Part shown: positions 50,200 to 64,000 of the stretch, in pieces
How positions within the stretch are numbered: position 1 is the first letter of the stretch
Layout: each line of letters begins with the position of its first letter
NCBI GenBank assembly: GCA_043228905.1
Contig: JBHGNT010000041.1
Coordinates: 166,075 to 230,074 of the forward strand
Reading direction: 5' to 3'
From: Azolla caroliniana
Lineage: Eukaryota; Plantae; Polypodiophyta
Length of the DNA stretch: 64,000 nucleotides
Program-made: the position numbers and the translations under genes
Notes under the pieces: model-generated
Told to the model about the DNA's origin: nothing
Seen by the model: the letters and a program-made list of their open reading frames with translations, nothing else
The model's database searches: none

Positions 50200-53100
50200 A
50201 CTCATCGATTGATCATGCGTGCTCTAAAAGTGATAGTTTGACAACCATTGCCTATGTATACAATCAAGTTGTCAATCCAAAGTTCCTATAGCTCCAACAA
50301 TTGTAAGGTATCGTGGGACGAATATTGGTGGGAGTATCAACACTTTCCCATTGTTTCTTCACATAATAGCAACATAAATATCAATATCCTTATGAGTTAT
50401 GATTTTCTTCTCATGGAATTAATCTCTCAAGTTATGTTGCAATCAAAATATTTTCTATGGAATTGATTCAAATGTATGCTTTTGAGCATTACTCACAAGA
50501 TTACAAGACAATTGTACATATTAACATTTGCATCGAGTGCACAAACTTGGAAAGAAAATTTCATTGCATGCCAAGAATTTACAAACATTGTAAAAATGCA
50601 AGTTATGATTGTGAGTGAGATATGGTATGTATGTATAAACTAGCACATAATGGGGAGTATAAAATATGATGGAGTTCAATCTCTTTGAGTTATGGTCAAA
50701 TAATGGTTGTCTAGTTGTAATTTGCATAGAATGCACACGCAACTGTTTACACATGTTTTCTAAGTTTTAGCCAATAAAGCATTATACTTCTAGTAAGTGT
50801 GATTCCTCAACACATTAGCCCACGGTTTACTCCAACCTAAGTCGTTCTTATATACAATCTTGTAATAGCTATGGATGTTGGTATGATTTATTCTCATGGT
50901 TATCACATCATCTCAACCAAAATGAGTCAAACCTAGAGGCATAGATGCATCATTTTGTGGTTGAAATATTTCTTTAATGCGTCTAATCCTTGCATTTGTC
51001 TTTCCAAAAAAAAACTAGAAATTGTTTCCAATATGATTGAGATAATTGTATATAAAACTTGATGTTTGCTCAACAAGATTGATTCGCATAGTTGATGTGT
51101 TGCGGTATGAACCTTTAGTTATATGTGAACCCCCACTAAAAATGCCTATATATTGTCTATATTGTTCAAAGCCTCGTCTAAATGAATGCAATTTTCTCAA
51201 ATTTATGCACCACACTCAATTTACTCCCTTTTCACTATCTTTTTTGACATTACATGCACTAGTAACGTTCGATTCACATGAGCCTCTATAATAGATGTAT
51301 CTCACTTCAAGGAGTACATCATATACATATCTCACATCCTTATCAAAGTGTAGTAGTTCATTTGTGTATATTGGTCTTATTTCTGTAACCTCTTAATGAG
51401 TTGTTTGTCAATTCCTTTGAGGTCCATATTTCAATCTACCAAATTAATCATCCACATCTCTCATGAATGGTGTTAGGACCCCATGTAGTTTACAGTGTGG
51501 ATGCCTCTTAACTGCCATTATCGACAAACCTCTCGTTTTCCCCATATTATGTGCCCTCTATCACATGAATGAATGAGCGTAAAGGAGCCATAGGATATCT
51601 TCTTGGATAATGAGAACATTCATTTAGATAATGGTTTACCCAACACCATGAAACAAGAAATTGACACAAATGTATGCATCATGATCACATCATTCAATTG
51701 GTATATGCACAAGGGGACCACATTATATGAAGGGTGCTTCAATTCAACAATAAAAGGTCACTGGATCTTCAAATTGCTAAATGCCTGATATTTTGAAAAT
51801 GTTTTGTATACGTCTCACTAAATTCATCTATCTAAGCACTTTCTATCCAAGGATCAACTTGCATAAGTACACTCTTTCTTGATAAAGGTAAAAGGGTAGA
51901 ATGTGATGGAAATATATAAAACTTTGTGCGCTTAGGATAATATAACAAATTCATCAAGTATGAGGTTTGGCCAAAGTAGTCCCAGTTCTACATTTCCCTG
52001 CAATTTATTTATGGAAAGGTAGAAGGTGGAAGTTTTGCCTGCTGCCCAATGAATATACAAGATTGTGATACATTTACATTAGATGGTACTCACGTTTTGA
52101 AGTGTTAAGTTCAAGGTATTGGGGATGAGGCTCTATCAATATTGAATACCCTCAACTTTAAATGAACATCATTTGAAACATAGTTGGGAGTACATAAGTA
52201 TTAAAAGGACTTAAACAATTAAATTGCTCTATTAAATTGCTCTAAAGAGGGGATGCTTACCGCGGACCGCAGACCGTTATAATGAATATCAATATCCACA
52301 CCTCCAGCTATCATTGTGACAATAAATGTTACATTTATCGTCTCGAGATGGATATGTGTTCACACATTCAAAAACTGCAATTCCAATTGCATTTCATGTT
52401 TGTAAAGGGCATGCCTTTTGAGAAGTAATCATACATCATGATCTTCTTTTTTTGTTCCCATTCTAATGTCTTATGCTTTCCCTTTGAGAAGGACCAAACA
52501 TCAAGTTTGCAAAGGGTTTAGCTTATGAGTAATTGTAATTTGTAAGGCATGTTTACATTTTCGTTTCCTTCCAAATGCATCAAAGTAGCAACCTAGGTTG
52601 CTCGCATCAATGATCTTCCAACATCATTATACACTCTGATAAACTAACTATTGCTCGTTTTTGGCCCTTTGAATATACGTGGGTACGTTGGTCACATTCA
52701 ATCTATCACGGGAAATACGAGGGTGTACATAAGTTTGTGCACCCAAAAATGACAGGGAAAGGAAGCCATGCATGCGAGGCTCTTTGATAGCTTGTAATTC
52801 CCAATAGTTCCATGAGTGGCGATATCCTCAAAAGGGAGGCTTATAAAGTCTAACTCTATTAATACAACAAACTTGTATTCCAGGTTCTTTGCAGAAATAA
52901 AATTTCTTTTTCTTTTTCGGTTCAATAAAAGGGATGAAGATCAATTATATTACAAGAGGTGCACATAAAAGTGGCTTACATCAAAACATCCATGTGGTGC
53001 ATAATTATGATCAGCTTTGTTGTTCATATAAAATATTGTCTAGCCGTCAATGCCCATTTTGCTTTCTTGTTCGTGGGGGGGCTTTGTAGATATATTATAT

Positions 53101-54560
53101 CGTTGACGACAACTATACATTCAATGACATTGTGATTTTGGATCTTTCAATTGTCTTACGGCGAACCATAAAAGAGAATAGACATTTTTTCCGGATGAAG
53201 TTCTAGGATATGGTCAACTTTCTTGTGTGTGCCCTACTAATTACAAAGTTAGAGGGAAATTTTAGGGGTATTTTTTTAACTTATAGACCTTTAAAATTAG
53301 CCACATAAACCAAAACCGTTAAATATATACATAAACCAAAAAACCGTGAAATTGAAAACCAACCCGAACCGAAACTAGACCTTTAAATAGCATTTGAAAC
53401 TAAACCTAACCATGTATTTATATTTGAGCCATGCATGCGAGGCTCTTTGATAGCTTGTAATTCCCAATAGTTCCATGAGTGGCGATATCCTCAAAAGGGA
53501 GGCTTATAAAGTCTAACTCTATTAATACAACAAACTTGTATTCCAGGTTCTTTGCAGAAATAAAATTTCTTTTTCTTTTTCGGTTCAATAAAAGGGATGA
53601 AGATCAATTATATTACAAGAGGTGCACATAAAAGTGGCTTACATCAAAACATCCATGTGGTGCATAATTATGATCAGCTTTGTTGTTCATATAAAATATT
53701 GTCTAGCCGTCAATGCCCATTTTGCTTTCTTGTTCGTGGGGGGGCTTTGTAGATATATTATATCGTTGACGACAACTATACATTCAATGACATTGTGATT
53801 TTGGATCTTTCAATTGTCTTACGGCGAACCATAAAAGAGAATAGACATTTTTTCCGGATGAAGTTCTAGGATATGGTCAACTTTCTTTGATAGCTTGTAA
53901 TTCCCAATAGTTCCATGAGTGGCGATATCCTCAAAAGGGAGGCTTATAAAGTCTAACTCTATTAATACAACAAACTTGTATTCCAGGTTCTTTGCAGAAA
54001 TAAAATTTCTTTTTCTTTTTCGGTTCAATAAAAGGGATGAAGATCAATTATATTACAAGAGGTGCACATAAAAGTGGCTTACATCAAAACATCCATGTGG
54101 TGCATAATTATGATCAGCTTTGTTGTTCATATAAAATATTGTCTAGCCGTCAATGCCCATTTTGCTTTCTTGTTCGTGGGGGGGCTTTGTAGATATATTA
54201 TATCGTTGACGACAACTATACATTCAATGACATTGTGATTTTGGATCTTTCAATTGTCTTACGGCGAACCATAAAAGAGAATAGACATTTTTTCCGGATG
54301 AAGTTCTAGGATATGGTCAACTTTCTTGTGTGTGCCCTACTAATTACAAAGTTAGAGGGAAATTTTAGGGGTATTTTTTTAACTTATAGACCTTTAAAAT
54401 TAGCCACATAAACCAAAACCGTTAAATATATACATAAACCAAAAAACCGTGAAATTGAAAACCAACCCGAACCGAAACTAGACCTTTAAATAGCATTTGA
54501 AACTAAACCTAACCATGTATTTATATTTGAACCGATAACCTGTTAAAGGTTTAAGTTCGA
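50200..54560 (-). mobile_element. Possible highly decayed hAT-like element
   Basis: Weak motif remnants such as HFG*DDVITM (G.DGA..M-like) and MPFT...MQLELQ. AACCGAACCG-type subterminal repeats at 53310-53400 and 54410-54540. No TIR or TSD found. Confidence 0.3.
52773..54530 (+). repeat. Near-identical tandem triplication (about 655 + 457 + 646 bp)
   Basis: Copies start at about 52773, 53427 and 53884. The ORF track shows the identical peptide MNRKRKRNFISAK... in repeated copies. Confidence 0.95.
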
Positions 54561-55171
54561 GCTGAAATTGGGCCCATGGCTACATGCAATGCACAAAAAG
54601 GGTAAGGTTAAAAACTTAAAGGGCAAGGGGCTTCCGTCACATGCGGGGGAAGTATATACAAAGATGCAACAAAGGGGTAGGGAGGACATGGGTATGCCAA
54701 TGATACTCAAGGATCACAAACGTTTAATGATGCTTATGATGTTGGGCTTTGGATGATATAAGCTAAGTATTTCAACGTGACAATGCAGAGCAGGGGGTCC
54801 GAGGATGAATTAACTAATAACGACAACAATGAGAACAGTTCATGCACGATAACGATAAACAATACTGACATGTCGTACAAGCAACCAACCCAAAGCAAGA
54901 AGCCAATTCATTTCGCAGGGGGTCATGGCCACTTTGTCACAGTCTGTCTGGTAAAGTAAAGAACATCCCGTTTCTTTGCTTTTTTCCCGTTCATTTCCAT
55001 TTCGCTCGATCAAAACAGTGGTGCTCAAACATAACGAACGACGGCGGGCCTAGGGTAAACAACTGTAGGGTGGTGGTTGTTACCCCATGTTTGTGTGGGC
55101 TTAGGGAGACGACGTATGCAGAGACATTGGCACCAAGGGGCAAACGAGATCATTGAAGGATGGATACAAGA

Positions 55172-55439
55172 TACATACATACATACATCACATACATACA
55201 TACATACATACATACATCACATACATACATACATACATACATCACATACATACATACATACATACATCACATACATACATACATACATACATACATCACA
55301 TACATACATACATACATACATACATAACATACATACATAACAACCTACCCCCCACCAAAGTAATAATGCAAAACACAAGCAAATAATGAGTTGTGGTTAT
55401 TTAGGGGAGTCCAAGAGCAATCAATGAATGAATATATGC

Positions 55440-55493
<54 letters not shown>

Positions 55494-55539
55494 CTCTCTC
55501 TCTCTCTCTCCTCTCTCACACACACTCTCTGTCTCTTCT

Positions 55540-55572
<33 letters not shown>

Positions 55573-55733
55573 CTCTCTCACACACACACTCTCTCTCTCT
55601 CTATCACTCTCTCTATCACTCTCTCTCTCTCTCTCTCTCTCTCTTAAACACACACACAACACACATTCAATTCCTATTCTTCCCCCTTTTTCTTCCATCC
55701 TCACAGAGAGAGAGAGAGACACACACACACACA
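55172..55733. repeat. Microsatellite cluster: (TACA)n with CATCA interruptions, (CA)n and (CT)n
   Basis: Direct reading. Confidence 0.95.
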
Positions 55734-55764
55734 CAAAGAAAGAGGCCTTCTTCCTCTGTTCCCC

Positions 55765-55850
55765 AAAACCCTAATTCCACCCTTTCCTTTCATGCTCCAA
55801 AACCCTAATCCTACCCTAAACCCTCCATGCTCCCCAAACCCTAATTCTAG
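55765..55850 (+). promoter_or_regulatory. Telo-box (AAACCCTAA) cluster in the promoter or 5' UTR of the DTM1-like gene
   Basis: Three AAACCCTAA copies lie 130-210 bp upstream of the ATG. An (ATC)n tract follows at 55912-55970. Confidence 0.55.
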
Positions 55851-55911
55851 CTTCTCTTTGATTTCTCTTTCTTCTAACTGCCCAAAACCCTGATTTTGCC
55901 ATGCCCTTCTG

Positions 55912-55970
<59 letters not shown>

Positions 55971-55975
55971 ACATA

Positions 55976-56436
55976 ATGGGCACATCGCCATCGCCATCGC
56001 CATCGCCATCGCCATCGCCATCGCCATCATCTTCATCGTCGACGTCGCAATCATCACCATCACCATCTCCATCTCCATCTCCGTCAACATCTCCATCAAC
56101 ATCTCCATCGCTCTCCCCGTCACCGTCTCCATCACTACCACCATCTTCTTCATCACCAGATCAGAGCTTCTACGACAGCTTTCTGCAGTACGCCATTGTT
56201 TCTAGCTTTGCCCTAGCCCTCTGCACCGGCTTATTCACATGGTCACTCAAGCGTATGATCATCGTGTATTGTGTCGGTGTCTTCCTCACCATGCTTGTTG
56301 TTGTCCCTGATTGGGAGTTCTTCACGAAGCGCCATTTCTCTGAGTGGATCGAACCCATGGCGTCTGATGCAGAAAGCAAAAAGCTTCAGAAAGCCAGGTT
56401 TCCCATCCTGAAGAAGACGGCCAAGTATGCCAAGAG
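55976..56436 (+). CDS. DTM1: Signal peptidase complex-like (SPC12 family, DTM1-like) membrane protein, exon 1
   Basis: Two hydrophobic helices followed by VPDWEFFTKRHFSEWIEPM, similar to the DTM1 motif LPDWEFF.R.FS.W..PM. Donor AG|GTACAT at 56436/56437, phase 2. Confidence 0.75.
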
Positions 56437-57224
56437 GTACATCCGCTCTCTAGAATCACATGCTCTCTCTAGAAAGTGGTCTCATTATTTATGTGTAATG
56501 CCTGATTTCTTCCAGGGTTTCTCTCTGCATCTTTTCCTGTTGTGCCATTCGAATGCATTTGGGCTATATGTACATACTCTCTCTAGGATAACATACTCTC
56601 TCTAGGATACCATACTCTCACTAGGCACTGGACTCTGTGTTTATGGTCATCTCTGGTCTTCTTTTGATTTGCTGCACGTTCTCATGTTTGTGTCCTTTGA
56701 ATTTCTGTCATTTGGGCACATGGCACATACACTCTTCAGAAATGGTCTTACCTTTTCATAGCCAGGCCTGCTTCTGATGATCGTGGATGCCATTGCTTAT
56801 GTTTTTCTTCTTTTTCTTGATTCATTTTGAATGCATTCTTGCCTGTACCCTGTACGTAAATCTCTTCTAGAAATGGCATGTAACCCTGTCTAAAATAAAC
56901 TGTACAGGCTCTCTTTATAGAAAATGTCTCTTGATTCATGGCCTTGTCTGATTCCTATAGCAGGCATCGATATTGAATAATGGAAGACTCTAAATAACTA
57001 TCTGCAGGATCCTCAAAACCCAACCATGAACATCATAACCTCAAAACAACTTAGAAATATATGCTAGATGGGAGCTATACAGCTTATTTGCAATATTATT
57101 GCTGAATTCCTTGATTCTCTCTTAATCATTAGAATTCCTTGATTCTCTCTTAGTTGCTGCTCCAATATATTATTAAGTTTCCCTAATTCATATTTGTCTG
57201 TCTGCGTGTGTTTCTCGTTTGCAG

Positions 57225-57312
57225 GGAGGACATTCATCCTTTCGGGATTCTCATCTTCATTTTAAGCACTTCAACTTGTGCATATTACACATGGAAGTTT
57301 GTGATGTATTGA
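57225..57312 (+). CDS. DTM1: DTM1-like exon 2
   Basis: Acceptor TTTGCAG|G. In frame it reads (R)EDIHPFGILIFILSTSTCAYYTWKFVMY*, a hydrophobic C-terminus as in DTM1. Total about 182 aa. Confidence 0.7.
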
Positions 57313-58399
57313 GATTGTAAACATTTCACGTATTGGTATGCCCTGTGATCGAACGAGATGTCCGCGGAGTGTTAAACTTTTTCTTTATGTTATGTGAATG
57401 ATCGAAGTACGTTCTTCTGGATCCAATTCTAGTCACAGTTATGAATCAGCGAGCAACATCTACAAGACTCTGGTGATCCGAGGTTTGCGACATAAATTCA
57501 AAGGAAATGTTGGGGGAGCTGTAGTGTCAAAAATTTGGTCAATGCTTTCGATGATTCTGTTTTTTTCATCACGAGAATTGCATTTAATTCATCCAAACAA
57601 ATTTATCTTGAGCACATACTTCTCTCTTCTGATTAGTATATTTGTCGATGCCATTTCTAAGTCACAAGATTTCATCAGTGTTAATTTGTGCTTTTTGTGA
57701 TAGAATTGCAAACAGATTTGACATGATTTCTAGTAGTAATGGATTTTGTTAAAAAGCTAGAATTGCTGCAGATAGTTTCCCAAAATAATGGTAAGAAGTC
57801 AAAATTAAATGATGTTGACTTTGTATACAAAAGTAGTAGATGTCATATACAAAGGTTGTAGAGGGGATTGATGAAATACATTGAATGATCCTAATGACTA
57901 ACTCCAAAAAAGTGAAATATCTTTTTACTTCTGGTTGGTGATCATATGTCGTATGTAGTAAGAGTTAATCGAGTACATGGTGTGATGGAACCGAATGAAT
58001 AACTTGAGTGAAAGGAATTTGGAGCGTGTTTGTTTGTACATAATCATAGTAAAGGGAGAAAGACTTCAGAGATTAGTTGAATTTGTTTGAGAAAAAATGT
58101 GCAATGTTTGTGTTGATAAAGGTTGGAAAGCTTATGTTGACATAAAAGCAATCCATCCCATTATTGGATGCAAATGTCAAGATCAACTGAGTGTAAATAA
58201 TAGAAGAACTACTTATCTATAGGTCTGCAATTAGTGCCTCACCTATAAATGGACGATTTGTTTGGATATATCAACATTGTGTAAAATCATCAAATGTGGG
58301 ATAGAAAACTGAGAAAAAGAGTATTCTGGTGATTGGATTCAATATCATGATATTTTGAAGGGCAAGGGCTTTGTTTCTCATATTTCTCAAATGTTATAT

Positions 58400-59000
58400 T
58401 TTTGTCAAACAGAACACTCAATTTGCGTACTTTAGAAGCATATGTTTTATTTGCTTTATGGTTGTAAGTACCCATTGCAAGTGACATGAGTAGTTTGAGC
58501 TCTCAAAAGAACCATTCAAAATCCAACCTCCCATTGAATGTGAATTAAGGCCGACCAATTGGGAATCTTACTGTATGATGGGCATCATAAAACACATTGT
58601 ACATCATCATTCACTAAAACAACTAGCACCAGAAGAGACATTGCCTCTTTCAAACCATAAAAGCGGGTTTTCGAAGAGGAAATCCACACATAAGATGTGC
58701 ACATGAGTCATTGGTTGGTTAGGACTTCAAGCCTATGGATACAAACTTGTGAAACCTCATTAAAGAGGCAAGAGTCACACCCGAACTTTAAATAGAGCTA
58801 GTAGGGCAGGTTGGTCAAACTTGTAGAGGTGTGAAGTTTAATGCATAGAAATGTTGGGTGTATTCTTGATTGATATATGGTAAGACAAGTTGTAACGGCT
58901 AAAGCTTGATGTAAACAAGTGTTTGGCATATTCCTCATCAATATTCGTTTGTGGTGTTTTTGCTTGCCATCAACTTCCAAATAGAGTAAATTTTCCAATC
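58400..59000 (-). pseudogene. Decayed LINE ORF2 3' end (C-terminal zinc-knuckle region)
   Basis: The reverse complement shows HRLEV, R.CLF and CP.Y..I-like remnants with many stops. Confidence 0.35.
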
Positions 59001-60048
59001 TATGATTACTTTTACTACAAGAGATACTTGAGTTCTTCGGAGATTATATCTTGCATATTTGATTCATGGTGTCCTCGAACAAATCATTTTCTGATCATTG
59101 CATCAACAAATTCTAGAGAAATTATGCATTGTTTCCAACAAAACAACATGCAGAATTTTCCAAGCTCCCAGTAATTATTGCATACCCAGTATGTTGATTC
59201 AAAAAACGATTCAGAGATTTTTACCATCAGTAAGGAATCATTCTGCACAAACGAAAGATCATGGAAAATATCATACTATTGTGGTGACATGGAAGATAAA
59301 AACGAGGTAAGTGTGAGACACGTTTCCAAGCGGCACTCCTGGCACTCCCTTTTGCATGAATTACAATATACTTGCAACAGTTTGAGCTGACTAACAAACA
59401 TACCCACATAGCAACAATCAAGTTTTAAGTGACATTTACATTTGTGAACACAAGTAAAGGTAAAACTCTATACACAAAACCAGGTATTGCAACATTGTTT
59501 ATAAGCAAGTAAGAAATTTTTAGTTCCAAATGATACAAGGCTTGATTTACTGGAAAGATGAAATTTTTATTTCCAAAGAAAGGCCTATGTATTTACTTCC
59601 AATAAAGGATATCTTCGGATTTTGATGAATCAAGGTAGTGTAACCATTGCAACAAAAAGTAAGCCATTGGTCTTGATCAAGGGTATTGGTATTTGTTCTC
59701 TGAATGCTCATCCAATTACATAAAGTGTCCTTGTTTGCAAAGAATACCAATCTCCAGTTTTGAATAAAGAATAGAATGAAGCTTGTGCACAATAAGCAAG
59801 ATTGGACCAGTTTAGGTTACCAAGCACATCCTCATGTACTACGTGTGCATATGGATGCACATGCATACATCCAAGAACACAGTGAAAGAAAGACTGAAGA
59901 AAGAGAGGGTCCCTCTTCCTAGCCTTTAAAAACAACTTTTTTCTGAACTTTCACTCTCATCTTCAGGTTGCTGCAAACAGCAACTTGGGCCTCACAAAAA
60001 CCAAAAACCAAAAACATGATGACGTTTTTTTTTACACTAAGATGTGCC

Positions 60049-60300
60049 TCAGAGAACTGTGAAACCAGCTTTTTCAAAATATCGTGCCATATCAGGTACT
60101 AGTGAGCTCCGTGTTGTAATTCCAACGCCTTCATAAGTCCATACATCCAAATTAGTGGTGCCTTTTATTGCTATTCCAAGCCATCCCATCCCTGAAATGG
60201 CAATATCAGTAGAACTCTTTTCAAATGAATCGCCGGTGATAGTTATGGGAGTTTGAACCCATGGTCCCAATTCATCTTGTCTTTCCTTGTCCAAAGGGGG
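60049..60300 (-). CDS. BPG2: BPG2/YqeH-family circularly permuted GTPase, last exon
   Basis: Acceptor TTTGCAG|, then PPLDKERQDELGPW...DIAISGMGWLGI...WTYEGVGITTRSSLVPDMARYFEKAGF*. Confidence 0.8.
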   Translation of the reverse strand, partial: PPLDKERQDELGPWVQTPITITGDSFEKSSTDIAISGMGWLGIAIKGTTNLDVWTYEGVGITTRSSLVPDMARYFEKAGFTVL

Positions 60301-60498
60301 CTGCAAAGGAGACAAATCCATTCAGTAAAATATGCCTAACAGAAAAATAATATGAATTTGATCCTCAAGGGTTTTTTCATCATGCAAGAATGTTGGTCTC
60401 TTTCATCATGGTTTGGTCGGCACGCAAAACTGTGGGTCTTTTTCTGAAGGGTTTTTTAAGTTATGCAAAAATGATGGCATGGAGAAAATTGAGCTCAC

Positions 60499-60666
60499 CT
60501 GAAGACGGACACCAACGTGCTTCTCAAAGATGTCTTTTGCTTTTTGAATCTTTGAGAAATGGCAAGTTAAGAAGATTGATGCCCATATTGTAACATACAT
60601 GCTGCTTGTAGATATATCTTTCACATCCAACCTCACAAGTCCACCCACGTGAATAGTATCACCAGC
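60499..60666 (-). CDS. BPG2: BPG2/YqeH-family GTPase, penultimate exon; upstream exons not found in the window
   Basis: AG|AGDTIHVGGLVRLD...YVTIWAS...HVGVRLQ|GTGAG, 168 bp, phase 0. Confidence 0.8.
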
Positions 60667-63600
60667 CTAATGACAGAAAAGAGAAAAGAAAACAAGAAAA
60701 TGATTTTTCAGCCTATTTTTGTACACACAAAAAATGCATGTTTAACTGTTTTATCTGCTAGTAGAAGGCAACAGGATATACATGATACACTTTCCCTCAA
60801 ATGCAATAAGTCCTCATACATGAACTCATTTAGTGAATAACCAGAACTGCCAATATCACATATATAACTTCTAGCCAAACTAATAATTCAAATTTTACAA
60901 CATGATTGGCTACCTGGTCTACCTCTTCCATAACCTCTTCACAATTCTTACAAGATGAGGGATTAATCCTCATCTTTTATCTTTGTTTAACATTGGTTCT
61001 CAAATTTTCTAATAAGCCTAAACAAGTTTGTTTTTATCGAAGGATGAAAACATGCTTCAATTCACTTCAGCAGATACGATCAAAATAGTTTGGGTTTACA
61101 AAGTGCATGTGAAATTATTATTATGTTTTGGGGGGTTGGCGGGGAGGAGATATGAAAGAAGCATAATGAAAACAAGTAGATCACCAATGCACAAAACTAC
61201 ATAGACATTAAAAACAAACATAATCTAAACTAAACACCTCAACATAAATTTTATCATTCCCTTGAATGAAGTAACCTAAACGAAATGATCAGCACAGACT
61301 GTACATTTTTTGTCAACCTCATCGTAGCATGGACTAGATGCATATTTGGAAGAAAACGTGTTTCCTAACAGGTTCCTCCATCAGGAAAACGAACTCCCTT
61401 CCATTTATGGTGTCAGGGTCAGATGCATACTTCCTCCCATCAGCTAGAGATTGAGACTTGGGAGTTTTAGAAGCATACACCCTGCCTATAGAGCCGGAAA
61501 CCAAATAATGCTACATTTGTAGCTACACAGCCTATGAAGAGATTTGATTGCATTTTCACTCCCCTTTCCAAGAGGGTTTTTGAACCCTTCAATTGAGTTA
61601 TGATCACTCACGGATGCTTGAGCATTTAATGGAGGTTCTTTGACTTAGAGAGATTCCCATCTTTGGAGCTGGACTCGTCCACAGATGTTGTCAGGCAATT
61701 GTTATTTCTTGAGAGAGATTAGTGATGTCATCATCTTTAAGGTTAAGGTAATTTGATGTGATCAGGATCTTGGTATGTGAAACCACTATTGACTAAAAAC
61801 GTTTGTCTTGTAGGCAGTTGAGTTGCCCTCAACAGCCTTGGTTAACCAGCTCTCTGCATTATAGGCGGCGATTGCATAGCCAATCTGGAGCAACATGTGT
61901 GCCATTGAGCACACTCAAATAGCCACCTTATAACAGAGGAAATTGAAGTCATTCTAGAGACAGTCATGCGGAAATCTTTGGCATAATTTCATGGTGGGTG
62001 TAACTTTTCGGTATTGTAGGTCACTTGGGCAGATCTCACTATGTGTACCATGTAATGTACTGTAATAACGTTTCTTTCTTGTTCTTGTCAATGGATAATT
62101 TGTCAGGTTGATGGAACTTATTGGTCTCATCAGTCATTTTGGCCTTTTCAAGACGTTTATATAACATTTCATTGCATTTCTCATGATAAGCAGATGATAT
62201 CATTCTGGACTAGTAGTCACCAACAGGTCTCATGTGTCACCTTCTTGCTCTAAACAAGTTTGGAGTCAAAGCCTCACAAAAGCCAAGGACATGATATTTC
62301 ACAGTTTTGTACCAGTCAGGTCTCTTCCATATTAACAGAAGAGAAGCAAAATATTGTGGATCCATATATATTTGTATTTCACATTTGCTACTATACCAAC
62401 ACAAATCACTATGTCATGTACCACAGCGATTCGATATAGATTCACAGATGTTGTTATGCTAGAGAGTGTCATATGACACATTTCCAAGATCATAGATCAT
62501 ATGTGTTGCCCAAAACTCTAGCCTTGATGTAAAATATATGTAGTATCAATTTGAGTGACTGGCCTCTTTGATCATACATGACCTCAGATTGAGAAACCAC
62601 CAGTCATAATCCTCATAGAACATTCATACCTCCTAGCATACCTTAGTGCCATGTAACAGTGCACGTGGCTTTTGTTGCACATCGCATGCTAGGGAGGCTC
62701 TCATCTAGACGATCTACTTAGTCCAATAAGTCAGATCCATGGAGCCAAACATATTATCCCACAACCTTTGATGCATCATGATAGCTAGAATAGTCAAGAG
62801 ACGGGGGAACATGGTTGTAGATATTCACTTGATTCACACATCTGTGTCTAATAAAGTAAGTGGAATACAATCATAAGGCACGATATATTGCTGCTCTAAC
62901 ATCACTGGGAGTTTTTTTCTTTTTTTCACAGAGATAAATTCTATTCTCCATCACGTTTCTGTAACCGAATCAATATTAAATTTCGGTATTCATTGTTTTT
63001 TCTAATCCATATGTTGGAAAGAAAAAGAAAGAAAGAAATTTCTAATTCTTCTAACTCTTCCCCATTTTCTTCTTAGTCTTCTTACTGAACTTAATTTTCA
63101 TTTTCCATGGTTTTTCTAATCCATATTTTGGAAGAAAAAACAAAAGGAAAAAGAGTTTTCTTCATCTTCACATAGGCAAGTTCTCTTCTCCATCATGTTC
63201 CTGTATTTTGATTAATCTTAATTTCTACTTTCCATTGATTTCTCAGTCCATATTTTGCAAATAAAAAGAAAGAAAAGAAACTCAATTTGTTTTTCTAGTT
63301 CTTCTATTTTAGAGTTTTCATCTGTGTATTTTATTTAATTGTTAGGGTTTGTTATACTGAGGTTTGATGGCATTCTACTCATTCAGGCATTTTGGCCTTG
63401 CCTTTGTTGAGTTTTTGTAGTTGAGCAGAGTGATGTATTAGAGAAATTAAAACCGTGTTAGGGATGTCTTAAAAACAGTGGTTAGTTCATCCTAAAGGTC
63501 ACTATTATCACACTTATATTACTAGATACTTATTAATGTCCCCTTCCTCTCTTGGAAATAGAAACATGCATATTCCAAATTTATAACTCCACACTTACGG

Positions 63601-64000
63601 TACCTATCACCTCTCCCAACATTAGTCCAAGTAACCATCGATGTCAAACCTGAGCGCTTATGTCGTTTACATCGGGAATCTTGCACTCATGTATTTATGA
63701 ATTTAAACACATGTAATTACCACATCCTTGGGATAAATCTTTCAAGCGTCTCTCAAAAGAAAATATAATTGCTTGACAGATATCAGTTGCAATTCAGCAA
63801 CCAGGGTGGATGTCTATATTCCAAGTAGCACGAGAAGAGTAAGCTGGAATGCCAGAAATACTAGCGGCGTTATAATTCTGGCAAATGAAATTTAATTAGG
63901 AAGGCCTTCATTTGGTGACATTAGAACACACTAAATAAGTATTGTTAACATAATAAATCTAGATTTAATAGCCAAAAAACCACTCCCAACACTTGAATAT

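Noticed and set aside
56437-56605. C-terminal part of the 209-aa ORF
   Set aside because: Intron read-through; a spliced exon at 57225 gives the family-like C-terminus.
60700-64000. Further BPG2 exons or a TE
   Set aside because: No GTPase motifs or TE termini recognised; treated as a long intron with possibly decayed repeat sequence at about 61300-62900.

Overview
Land-plant nuclear DNA, probably from a non-seed plant such as a fern (inferred from TE lineages, not proven). About 55 kb is a nested transposon pile. Its backbone is a run of four related Mutator-like (MULE) elements with ~120-bp TIRs. They sit end to end, separated only by (TACA)n/(TACCA)n/(CA)n microsatellite spacers, one of which also holds a solo LTR; element 3 has a clean 10-bp TSD. 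The two long copies each carry a SWIM/MULE transposase and a Ulp1/C48-protease-like accessory gene. Nested inside are a Sola2-like DNA transposon (25-bp GGG TIRs, 4-bp TSD), two chromoviral Ty3/gypsy elements with TG...TA termini (one intact and very young), two Ty1/copia elements, several solo LTRs (two with 4-bp TSDs) and a hAT MITE. The window starts in the 5' half of a LINE (Tnp22-like ORF1 plus AP-endonuclease start). Further right are a short atpA organellar fragment and a recent tandem triplication. The right end holds two convergent host genes: a DTM1/SPC12-like membrane protein and the 3' exons of a BPG2/YqeH-type GTPase. All calls come from manual reading; no database searches were run.
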